In this document: positions 48,973 to 57,659 of the stretch, one piece after another
Position numbering within the stretch: the stretch's first letter is position 1
Layout of the letters: every line of letters starts with the position of its first letter
NCBI GenBank assembly: GCA_963785725.1
Contig: CAWAWS010000002.1
Coordinates: forward strand, 256,001 to 320,000
Direction of reading: 5' to 3'
DNA length: 64,000 bases
Origin: an uncultured delta proteobacterium
GTDB lineage: Bacteria; Myxococcota_A; Polyangia; Palsa-1104
The notes under the pieces: generated by a model
What the model saw: only the letters and a program-made list of their open reading frames with translations
Told to the model about the DNA's origin: nothing
Databases searched by the model: none
Translations under genes and position numbers: made by a program

Positions 48973-49970
48973 ACCGCTACGGCGCCGTGGTCTTGGCGTT
49001 GCTGGCGACGACGGCGACCGCGGCCGCCGAGCCGCAGGTGCTGCGCATCGGCAGCGTCGCGCCCGACGGCAGCGGCTGGGCCAACGCGCTCGGCGCCTTC
49101 GCCCGCTACGTCGAGTCCGAGTCCAAAGGCGCGCTCAAGGTGAAGCTGTACTTGAATGCCGTCGCGGGTGACGAGGTCGAGATGGGCGAGCGCACGCGCC
49201 GAGGCCAGCTCGACGGCGTCGCCTCGGGGCAGCTGTTGTGCGCGATCGTGGCCCCGTCGATGCGCGTCTTGCGCTTGCCGGGCGTGTTCCAGAGCCGCGA
49301 CGAAGCGCGCGACGTGCTGACGCGGCTCGAGCCCACCGTCGAGGCGGAGGCGGCGCAGGCCGGCTTCGTCATCCTCGGCTCGGCCGGCATCGGCGCCGAC
49401 ATCTTCTTCACGCGCGAGCCCGTCAACAGCTTGGCCGAGCTGCAAAAGGTCAAGCTGTGGCGCTGGGCCGCCGACGACGCCGCCATCGCCATGTCGAAGG
49501 AGATGGGCCTGACCGTGGTGCCGACGCCTCTCTTCGACGCGCGCGGCGCCTACGAGTCGGGCAAGCTCGACGGCTTCATGGCCGCGCCGTCGGCGGCCGT
49601 CGCGTTCCAATGGTCGAGCACGGCGCGCTACGTGACCGACTTGCACTCGGCCTACCTCTACGGCTGCTTGGCGTTGAGCGAGCGATCGTTCCAGAGGCTG
49701 CCGCCGGCGGCGCAAAAGTCGCTACGCGCCGGCGCCGCGCAGCTGCTCTTGTCGATCGAGGAGCTCGGCCGCAAGCAGGACGCGCAGCTGCTCGGCGGCC
49801 TGTTCCAGAAGCAGGGCTTGCGCGCCTTGCCGGTGTCGCCGGCGTTTCGCGCCGAATATTTCGCGGCCGCCAAGGCGGCGCGCGACCGCATCGGCGACAA
49901 GCTGGTGCCGCGCGCGCTCTTGGAACGCGTGCTGCGCATGCTCGCCGACTACCGGCTCGAGCACCCGTAA
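48969..49970 (+). CDS. dctP: TRAP transporter solute-binding protein (DctP family)
   Basis: Signal peptide; LRIGSVAPDGSGW, GDE, GQLDG; GTGA overlap with kinase. Confidence 0.82.
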   Translation: MNRYGAVVLALLATTATAAAEPQVLRIGSVAPDGSGWANALGAFARYVESESKGALKVKLYLNAVAGDEVEMGERTRRGQLDGVASGQLLCAIVAPSMRVLRLPGVFQSRDEARDVLTRLEPTVEAEAAQAGFVILGSAGIGADIFFTREPVNSLAELQKVKLWRWAADDAAIAMSKEMGLTVVPTPLFDARGAYESGKLDGFMAAPSAAVAFQWSSTARYVTDLHSAYLYGCLALSERSFQRLPPAAQKSLRAGAAQLLLSIEELGRKQDAQLLGGLFQKQGLRALPVSPAFRAEYFAAAKAARDRIGDKLVPRALLERVLRMLADYRLEHP

Positions 49971-49988
49971 AACCTAGCGCGGCGGGCG

Positions 49989-50342
49989 TTAGGCTACGGA
50001 GTGCTCGGTAATCGACGGCATCGACAGCTCGCGCATCGGATCCGTCGGCAGCGTCGCGAAGCGCGCGCTCCGCTTCGTCGCCGGCGCCGGCGGATTGAGC
50101 GGCTGCAGCCCGCCCGAGGACGCGCTGACGCGTTCGAGCGGAAGCGGCTGCCAGCCGTATCCGCCGCGCCAACCGGCCACCAGCGCACCGTTGCCGTCGC
50201 GCACGGTTACCGTCGCCTCGTCACAATACTCATCCCCCGCGCGCCGCATCATCCGAGCCAACACCAACGCCGCCGACTCCGTCTCGGCCAAGCTGGTGTA
50301 CTCGAAGCCCCCGCGCTTCCTCGTCGTCACCCTGTAAGGCAT
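49989..50342 (-). CDS. Hypothetical protein
   Basis: Only plausible ORF in the gap; no recognised motif. Confidence 0.5.
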   Translation of the reverse strand: MPYRVTTRKRGGFEYTSLAETESAALVLARMMRRAGDEYCDEATVTVRDGNGALVAGWRGGYGWQPLPLERVSASSGGLQPLNPPAPATKRSARFATLPTDPMRELSMPSITEHSVA

Positions 50343-50490
50343 GTCCGGTAGCGTCGATTATCTACGAAACACCCAGGTCTGACTGTCTCCTCCCTGACAC
50401 TCATTTCGCCGCATCGCCAACCGCGCGTGAGCAGTTGGGATTTCGTGCGGCTCGGTGACGCTTTGGAGGACGATTTATTGTGCTTGTGTT

Positions 50491-53478
50491 TTAGGGCTTC
50501 GTGTCGGAGCAGCAGCGGAACCCGACATCGGTGTTGGCGAAGGACGCCTTTTGGATGTCGAAGTCGAACTCGCACGAGAGCCCCGTCGACGATTGCGTCG
50601 TCGGCGTCGAGTAGGCGCCGCCGCGCAGCTTGAGGTAGACGAAGCTCCAGGCGATGGTCGCCGGCGACGCCTGCGTCACGCCGCTCGGGTTGCTGATGAC
50701 CACCGACGTCGACGACAAGACGCTGACGATGGTGAAGGTGCCGTTGTTGGCCGGGTTGGTCGCGTTCGAGAGGACGAGCTGCGCGCCGGCGTCGGTGTTG
50801 TAGATGTTGGTGAGGCCGTTGACCGTGACCTGCCCGGCCGACGGGCCGGCGACGATCGTGGCGGCGCTGCCCGACTTCAAGCTGACCTGCGTCGACGTCC
50901 ACTCCATCAAGTTGCCCGACAGATCGTGCGACTGGCTGCCCCCGACGGTCGAGTAGCAGAAGTTGGTCGTGCCCGAAGCGGTGCCGGCGACGCCCGCGGG
51001 CCAGGCGCCCGAGCCCGAGCAGATGCCGGCCGTGCAGGTGAAGCCAGCGTTGCAGTCGGCGTTGCCGCCGCAGGTGCATTGGCCGCTGGCGTTGCAGCCG
51101 TTCGTCGGGCAAGTCGGCGGCGTCTTCGTGTAGTCGCACTTGGACGAGAGGCACTGCGAGTTGGCGCTGCAGCGCTGATCACCCTCTTGGCTGTCGTTGC
51201 AGATGCCGGCGGCGTAGCTGGTGTTCGACGCCGACATCGAGTAGTGCGTGCCCGAGGTCGCGTTGGCGTTGCAGGTCTCCGTCCATTCCCAGGCCGTGCA
51301 CAAACGACCGATGGAGTTGCCGTTCGTGTCCTTGATACCGGCGCAGGCGGCCGCCGCTTGCGCTTCGGTCACGTTCGACCACGGCAGCGTGCCGGCGTTG
51401 GCGCAGGCGCGCGTCGACTGCGCGCCGGGCGAGACGCCGGTCGCGTCCGGTCGCGAGGCTTCGTAGGCGTACACATAGACGGTGTGCGCCGCTTGGCCGG
51501 TGACGGGATCGGCGGCGACGCTGATTTGCACCGTCGGATCGTGCCAGCCCTGATAGGTGGTCGTGCCGATGGTGGCGGTGGTCGGCTCGTCGATGAGGCC
51601 GTTGCAGTCGTCGTCCTTGCCGTTGCAGAGCTCGTTCGACGCCTTGGTGTTGTCGGCGGTGGCCGAGCAGGCCTGCTCGTCGTTGTACGCCAGCGTCGCC
51701 ACCGACTTCTGGCACGTGATGGGCCCGGTCGTTTGGCAGACGCCGTTGCCGGCTTTGCACGTCGTGGCCGCGCGTATGTTGGTGCAGCCGGCCGTCGACA
51801 CGGCGACGCCGGGGAAGTTCTCGTCGCAGGCGCCGTTGCAGTTGTTGTCGAGGTTGTCGCACTGCTGCTCGATCGAGGCCAAGTTGCCGCCGGTGAGGCT
51901 GATGTTGGGGACGCCCGAGTAGTCGCACTTGTAGCCGGCGGCGCCGAAGCACTTGGTTTGCAGCGGCTGACCGGCGCACACGCCCAGGTTGCTGCACAAA
52001 GACGGACCGGTCAGGCCGTTGTCGATGCAGCCGTCGCAGTCGTTGTCCTTGCCGTCGCAGATTTCGGGCGAGACCGGGCTCGACGGGCAGTTGTAGTTGC
52101 AGCCGAGGCCGGTCGTCGTCGTCGTCGAGTTTTCGGTGCCGCTGACGGTGACGTCGCACGTCGGTGTCGTCGTCGACGAGTCCTTGTGCGAGACGAAGTA
52201 CCAGCCGGCGTTGCAGCTGACGACCTTGCACGTGCCGACGGCGGCGCCGCCGAGAAGCTGGCAGCCGTTGGTCGCGTTGGGCAGCGCGCAGACGTCGCCG
52301 CAGCCGCCGCAGTTCTTGGCGTCGCTGTCGTAGTGCGGCGCGCCGTTGCTGGCCCAGGTGCTGGTGAAGCCGTTGTCGATCTTGCCGTCGCAGTCGTTGT
52401 CTTTGCCGTCGCAGGTCTCGGGCGACGGGCCGAGCGAGCCTTGGCAGGTCAAGCCGCCGTTGACGCAGGCGAGCGTGCCGGCCGCGCACTGGCCCTGGCA
52501 GTTGCCGGGTGCCGGGTTGTCGCTGCACTGCTTGCCGGCGGAGCCGTCGGGGCAGCGGCCGCCGAGACCGGGATCGGTCAAGTTGTCGTCGGCCACGAAG
52601 TCGCAGTCGTCGTCGATGCCGTTGCACACCTCTTTCGGGAAGGTGCAGGCACCGTTGGGGTTGCAGTCGGTGCCGCTCTGCGTGGCCGCGATCGGGCAGT
52701 GGTACTCGCAGCCGGTGACGTTGATCGCGCCCGCCGCCGGGTTGTGGCGATAGGTCTGATGATTGCCGGCCGAGTCGTTGCCGTTGAAGCAGGCTTTGAC
52801 GTCGCACTTGCCGCGACCGGCGTTCGTCGCGTCGGGATCGCAGGACATGACCGTGCCCGCGCCCAAGCTGCACACGACGGCGCACTGGCCACAATTGTTG
52901 ATGTCGCTGTCGTAGAGCGGGTTCTGATGGGCGGCGTCGGACCAGGTTTTGGTGAAGCCTTCGTCGACCTGGCCGTCGCAGTTGTTGTCCTTGCCGTCGC
53001 AGATTTCGACGCCGTTGTTGCTCGGCGTGCAGACGTACTCGCAGCCGTTGGCCGGGTTGCCGTCGAGGTTGATGTGGCCCGGCTGGCACGCGCCGATCGA
53101 GCACGCCGGCGGCGTGCCGCCGCACACACCGAAGGCGTTGGGATACGAGCACTCGTTGAAGCACATGCCGCAGTTGTTGGGATCGTTGGCCAGCTTGGAC
53201 GGCGGCACGTCGTCGATGATGCCGTTGCAGTCGTTGTCGATGTGGTCGCAGATCTCGACGCCGCCGTTGGTCGGCACGCAGGCGCCGTTGGGGTTCTCCA
53301 TGTCGATGCCGGGCGACAGATCGATCGTCGCGCCGGTCAGGTCGGGCGGCGGCAAGAGGTCGGCGGGCGCGATGACGCCGTTGCCCGAGTCCTTGCAGTT
53401 GAGGCAGTACGGCTCCGATTTGCAGCCGGCCGCGACGAACACGATCGTCGACAGCCAGGCGAAGGTCAGCGCTCTCAT
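50491..53478 (-). CDS. Cys-rich lipoprotein with MopE-related repeats and C-terminal FGE-sulfatase-like (CLec-fold) domain
   Basis: FVAAGC lipobox; seven E.CDG.DNDCDG.ID-type repeats; PWSNVT, RLCT..EW, DLSGNLMEW, LRGG, GFRCC. Confidence 0.87.
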   Translation of the reverse strand: MRALTFAWLSTIVFVAAGCKSEPYCLNCKDSGNGVIAPADLLPPPDLTGATIDLSPGIDMENPNGACVPTNGGVEICDHIDNDCNGIIDDVPPSKLANDPNNCGMCFNECSYPNAFGVCGGTPPACSIGACQPGHINLDGNPANGCEYVCTPSNNGVEICDGKDNNCDGQVDEGFTKTWSDAAHQNPLYDSDINNCGQCAVVCSLGAGTVMSCDPDATNAGRGKCDVKACFNGNDSAGNHQTYRHNPAAGAINVTGCEYHCPIAATQSGTDCNPNGACTFPKEVCNGIDDDCDFVADDNLTDPGLGGRCPDGSAGKQCSDNPAPGNCQGQCAAGTLACVNGGLTCQGSLGPSPETCDGKDNDCDGKIDNGFTSTWASNGAPHYDSDAKNCGGCGDVCALPNATNGCQLLGGAAVGTCKVVSCNAGWYFVSHKDSSTTTPTCDVTVSGTENSTTTTTGLGCNYNCPSSPVSPEICDGKDNDCDGCIDNGLTGPSLCSNLGVCAGQPLQTKCFGAAGYKCDYSGVPNISLTGGNLASIEQQCDNLDNNCNGACDENFPGVAVSTAGCTNIRAATTCKAGNGVCQTTGPITCQKSVATLAYNDEQACSATADNTKASNELCNGKDDDCNGLIDEPTTATIGTTTYQGWHDPTVQISVAADPVTGQAAHTVYVYAYEASRPDATGVSPGAQSTRACANAGTLPWSNVTEAQAAAACAGIKDTNGNSIGRLCTAWEWTETCNANATSGTHYSMSASNTSYAAGICNDSQEGDQRCSANSQCLSSKCDYTKTPPTCPTNGCNASGQCTCGGNADCNAGFTCTAGICSGSGAWPAGVAGTASGTTNFCYSTVGGSQSHDLSGNLMEWTSTQVSLKSGSAATIVAGPSAGQVTVNGLTNIYNTDAGAQLVLSNATNPANNGTFTIVSVLSSTSVVISNPSGVTQASPATIAWSFVYLKLRGGAYSTPTTQSSTGLSCEFDFDIQKASFANTDVGFRCCSDTKP

Positions 53479-56400
53479 CGCTGCACCTCCGCGCGGCGAC
53501 GCCGGCGCAACGCCAGCGCGCCGAACACGAGCAGCAGCCACGCGGCCGAGTTGGGCGCGCTCGCCGGGCCGGACACGGCGCAGCTGAAGCCGCCGCCGCC
53601 GGCGCCGACGACTTGATCGGTCGCGCCGGCCGGGTTCGTCTCGCAGAAGCCGGCGCACGACGCGTTCACCGAGCAGTGCGTGTCACTCGGGCAGTGCAGC
53701 GACACGCAGGGATCGGCGATGCAGGAGCCGCCGCAGCAGGCTTGACCGCTGTTGCAGCCGCCGATGCACTCGTTCTCGACGCAGACGCCGACGCCGTTGG
53801 TGACGTTGCAGGACTGACCCTCCTGGCAGTTGACGCCGCCGCACGGATCGTCGACGCACTTGCCGTCCTGGCAGAATTGACCGCTCGCGCACGGGCCCTT
53901 GCAGATGGGGACGCACTGGCCGTTCTGGCAGAACTCGTCGCCGGTGCAGGTGACGTTGGCGCACGGATCCATCTGGCAGTTGGCGCCGGCGACCGGGTCG
54001 TTGACGCAGATTTCGCCGTCGGGGCAGCCTTGCGTGCGGCAGGAGCCGTCGACGCAGACGCCGAGCTGGCAGATGTACGTCGCCGGGCAGGTGACGGTGG
54101 CGCACGGGTCGATGCACTGCGCGGCGCCGCTGGCGTCGACGGAGCAGGTGTCGCCCTTCGGGCAGTTGGCCTTGGCGCAGACGTCGGGCACGCACAAGTT
54201 CGTCGACGGCTGGCAGATGAAGCCGCCGGGGCACGGGAACTCGCCCGCGGTGCACGGCTGCACGCAGTTGCCTTGGTAGCACTGGAAGCCGCTCGGGCAG
54301 TTGCCGTTGGTGTTGGTGGTGCCGGTGCAATCGGTGGAAATGCCGTTGCACTGGTTCGGCTGCGGACCGACCGCGCCTTCGCAATCGATCATGCCGGCGA
54401 CGCAGACGGTGAGGCCGGCTTTGCACGGCGGCTGATCGGCCGGCGGCACGGGCGCGTCGCAGCTGACGCCTACGCCGGGCAGCTGGCCGCTCGCGGGCGC
54501 CAACGGCGGGTTGGTGTCGTCGATCTGGCCGTTGCAGTTGTCGTCGATGCCGTTGCAGGTCTCCGGCGTCGGGCCGACGGTCTGCACGCACACCGGCGAC
54601 TGCGGGCTCGTCGGCGAGCTGTTGGCCGGGCACTCGAGCACCGCCTTGCAGGCGCCGCCGAGCAAGATGCCGGCGCCGGTGCAGGGCGTGCCCACGCCGG
54701 GGACGTCGTCGATGGGGCCGTCGCAGTCGTTGTCGACGGTGTCGCAGACCTCGGGCGACTTGGAGACGGCGCCGACGCAGGTGCGCACGCCGGCGGTGCA
54801 GCTGCCGGCCTTCTGGAAGCACTGCCAGGTGCCGGTGTGGCAGCGCGTGCCGGTGCCGGTGTTCTGGCAGTCGGCGATATTTCCCGTCGGGCAGCAGGCC
54901 GTGTTCAGCCACGAATCGGTGGGGGCGTTGTCGATGCAGCCGTTGCAGTCGTCGTCGACGCCGTTGCAGGTCTCGGCGATGGGGCCGATGCCGCCGATGC
55001 AGCTGCCGTAGACCGGCGTCGGATTCGGGCACGCCTTGCCGGCGGGCCAGCCGGCCGGGCAGCCGGCGCTGCCGCTCGGCAAGGGCACGGTGGCGCAGGC
55101 TTCGGTGCCGGCGTGGCAGGCGCCGACGCCGGCGAGGCCGGGCGGGAACGACTGCCCCGACTGCTGATCGACGTAGCAGGCGATGGGCGGGTCGTCGTTG
55201 GCGACGCCGTTGCAGTTGTCGTCGGTGCCGTCGCACAGGTCGAGCGGCTTGGGATAGCCGGGATTGCCGCCGAGGCACCACAAGGCGTCGGTCGTGCCGT
55301 TGAGCTTGCAGGTGCTCACGTTGGGATCGGACGCGCAGCACTCGGTGACGCCGGGCGCGCAGTCGCCGACGTTGTTGCCGCAGGCGAGGCCGGTGTCGAT
55401 GAGGTTGTTGTCGATGACGCCGTCGCAGTCGTCGTCGCAGTTGTTGCACGTCTCGGGGTGCGGGCTGCCGCCGGCGCAGGCCGGGCACTGCTTGCAGTTC
55501 GTGCACGTGCCGGCGGCGCCGTTGACGCAGTCGTCGATGACCCCGTCGCAGTCGTTATCGATGCCGTCGCAGATTTCGACGCCCGGGCACAGCTTGGGCA
55601 CGGCCCACAGCGCGGTGCCGGCGACGGCGGTGGCGTTCACGAACGTGATCGTCGTGCCGGTGGCGGCGGTGATCGTGAACGGCCCGCCGTTGTCGCCCGC
55701 GGGGCCGTTGACGACGTAGATGGCGTCGCCGACGCCGATTTCGGTGGGCACGCCGCCGGCCGGCGTCAACACCTCGTTCGTACCGTTGACGGTGATGGTG
55801 GCCGTGCCTTGCAGCGACGTGAGGCCGTACGCGGCGTTGGTCGCCGTGTCAGCGGCGGCGCCCGCGTTCGTCAGGTCGACGGTGTTGTTGCCGACGGCGC
55901 TGATGACGAAGACGCCGTTGTTGGCCGCGGCCGACGCCCCGTTGACGTAGAGCAGCTGCCCGACCGCCGACGCGCCCAAGCCGCTGACGCCGGTCAAATG
56001 CTCCTTGCCGGCGACGAGCGAAACGGCGGCGCCGAGCGCGCCGGTGCAGGTCTGCGCGCTGCACACTTGGCTCAGCTGATCGGTCGAGCACTGGAAGATG
56101 CCGGTGTCGTTGCAGTGCGTGCCGGTGGGCCAGCCGTTGTTGCACGTGGCCGCGGCGCGCGGACCGTTCGTGCACGTGGGCAGGCCGGGGATGGCGACGC
56201 CGGGGAAGTTTTCATCGCACTGGCCGTTGCAGTTGTCGTCGATGCCGTTGCACTTCTCGACGAGGACGGAGCTGGAGACGATGTCGGCGAGCGCGGCCTC
56301 GATGTCCTGCTGCGAGTTGGCGAGGCGCGCCGAGCCGGTGCCGCCGGCCTTGGCGATGGCGTCGAGCGTGCTGTTGGAGTTGTTGCCGAAGGCCAAGCCG

Positions 56401-57659
56401 ACGACGTAGACCTTGTTGATCGCCTTGGCGCCGGCGACGGTGGCGGCGACGAACGAGCCGGCGGCGGCGACAGGCCCGTTGGTGGTGTCGTAGTCGCAGC
56501 TGTCGAAGCCGTCGGTCATCTGCACGAGCACGTACGGGCGACAGGTGATCTGGGTGTCGAGGGTCTCGCCGTTCGTGCCGGTGGCGATGTTGTTGTACCA
56601 GCTGGCGGCGGCGCGCGCGGCGCCGGCCAGCGGCGTGCCACCGACGGCGCGCAGCTCGGGGTTCACCGGGATGCCGGCGAGGTTGCCGGCGAGCGCCTCG
56701 ATGCCGTCGACATACGGCAGCACCGCGCCGCTGGAGTTGGCCGTGCTCGGGTCGACGAGGATCTGGCCGCCCGGGCTGCGGCAGCTCTCGTTGAACACGC
56801 AGGTGTTGGCGGAGCAGGTCCAGATGGCGGTCGTGCCGTCGTTGCCGACGGTGTTGGGGCAGCTGAAGCCGCCGCCGCACTTGCAGACCTTGGCGCCGCT
56901 CGTGGCGATGGCCACGCACGAGCCGGCCGCGCCGCCGTTGCAATCGGCGTCGCTGTAGCAGACTTGCGGCGTGGCGCAGGCGGTGGTGTTGGCGTTGTTG
57001 TTGGTGCCGCAGGTGCCGCTGTAGGTCAGCGTGTTGCCGTTGGTGGTGTTGCCGGTCGGGCGATTGGTGCAGGTGCCGCCTTGCGTGCGCGTGCTGCCGT
57101 AGCCGGCGGTCTCGCCGCCGCTGACGCTCCAATAGGGCGTGCACAAGTTGTTGTCGGTGCGGCACTTGCCGCCGATGCAGAACGAGCCGAGCGCGCAGGT
57201 GTCGTCGGTCGTGCAGTTGCCGGTGCTGTTGCCGGTCGTGTTGGGGACGGCGCAGGTGGTGCCCGTGTAGCGCATGAGGCCCCAGTCGATGTCACCCGAG
57301 CCGTTGACGACGTTGGTCACGGCCTGCTTGGCGGCGTACATGCGGCTGTTGACGCCGTCGTACAGCGTCGCCGCGGTCGCGCCGCCGCAGGTCAGCGTGC
57401 CGGTCTCGAAGCCGGTATAGAGGCCCAAGTTGAAGTTGGTCGACTGCGAGCGCGTCATGACCGCGTCGCTGTAGAGCGTCGAGCCGTCACCGCCCGTCGA
57501 CGTCGTGTCGGTGAAGTGCTCCGTCATCGAGCCCGACGTGTCGACCATGATGAGCACGCGCGGCTTGATTTGGTTGGTCTGCGCCGCCGCCGGCCGCGCA
57601 CCGCCCACGATCAACAGTCCCCCGACCACGAGGCCCAATCCCACACGACGCATGTTCAT
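53475..57659 (-). CDS. Surface protein: vWA domain + Cys-rich repeats + MYXO-CTERM
   Basis: Signal peptide; MIDAS DTSGS, GGTPL, TDG; seven E/D.C.G.DD.C.G.ID-type repeats; GGGFSCAV...WLLLVFGALALRRRRR. Confidence 0.9.
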   Translation of the reverse strand: MNMRRVGLGLVVGGLLIVGGARPAAAQTNQIKPRVLIMVDTSGSMTEHFTDTTSTGGDGSTLYSDAVMTRSQSTNFNLGLYTGFETGTLTCGGATAATLYDGVNSRMYAAKQAVTNVVNGSGDIDWGLMRYTGTTCAVPNTTGNSTGNCTTDDTCALGSFCIGGKCRTDNNLCTPYWSVSGGETAGYGSTRTQGGTCTNRPTGNTTNGNTLTYSGTCGTNNNANTTACATPQVCYSDADCNGGAAGSCVAIATSGAKVCKCGGGFSCPNTVGNDGTTAIWTCSANTCVFNESCRSPGGQILVDPSTANSSGAVLPYVDGIEALAGNLAGIPVNPELRAVGGTPLAGAARAAASWYNNIATGTNGETLDTQITCRPYVLVQMTDGFDSCDYDTTNGPVAAAGSFVAATVAGAKAINKVYVVGLAFGNNSNSTLDAIAKAGGTGSARLANSQQDIEAALADIVSSSVLVEKCNGIDDNCNGQCDENFPGVAIPGLPTCTNGPRAAATCNNGWPTGTHCNDTGIFQCSTDQLSQVCSAQTCTGALGAAVSLVAGKEHLTGVSGLGASAVGQLLYVNGASAAANNGVFVISAVGNNTVDLTNAGAAADTATNAAYGLTSLQGTATITVNGTNEVLTPAGGVPTEIGVGDAIYVVNGPAGDNGGPFTITAATGTTITFVNATAVAGTALWAVPKLCPGVEICDGIDNDCDGVIDDCVNGAAGTCTNCKQCPACAGGSPHPETCNNCDDDCDGVIDNNLIDTGLACGNNVGDCAPGVTECCASDPNVSTCKLNGTTDALWCLGGNPGYPKPLDLCDGTDDNCNGVANDDPPIACYVDQQSGQSFPPGLAGVGACHAGTEACATVPLPSGSAGCPAGWPAGKACPNPTPVYGSCIGGIGPIAETCNGVDDDCNGCIDNAPTDSWLNTACCPTGNIADCQNTGTGTRCHTGTWQCFQKAGSCTAGVRTCVGAVSKSPEVCDTVDNDCDGPIDDVPGVGTPCTGAGILLGGACKAVLECPANSSPTSPQSPVCVQTVGPTPETCNGIDDNCNGQIDDTNPPLAPASGQLPGVGVSCDAPVPPADQPPCKAGLTVCVAGMIDCEGAVGPQPNQCNGISTDCTGTTNTNGNCPSGFQCYQGNCVQPCTAGEFPCPGGFICQPSTNLCVPDVCAKANCPKGDTCSVDASGAAQCIDPCATVTCPATYICQLGVCVDGSCRTQGCPDGEICVNDPVAGANCQMDPCANVTCTGDEFCQNGQCVPICKGPCASGQFCQDGKCVDDPCGGVNCQEGQSCNVTNGVGVCVENECIGGCNSGQACCGGSCIADPCVSLHCPSDTHCSVNASCAGFCETNPAGATDQVVGAGGGGFSCAVSGPASAPNSAAWLLLVFGALALRRRRRAEVQR

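Noticed and set aside
50491..50930. Diversity-generating retroelement targeting the FGE/CLec-fold C-terminus
   Set aside because: No reverse transcriptase gene and no second template-like copy of this region seen in the window; a remote DGR cannot be excluded
50491..51500. Active formylglycine-generating enzyme
   Set aside because: Only the fold motifs are recognisable, on a surface lipoprotein stalk, and no sulfatase is nearby
53475..57659. Calling this gene traA or cglB
   Set aside because: It has a vWA head rather than the PA14-like TraA head, and is far longer than CglB with MYXO-CTERM instead of a lipobox; orthology is not supported
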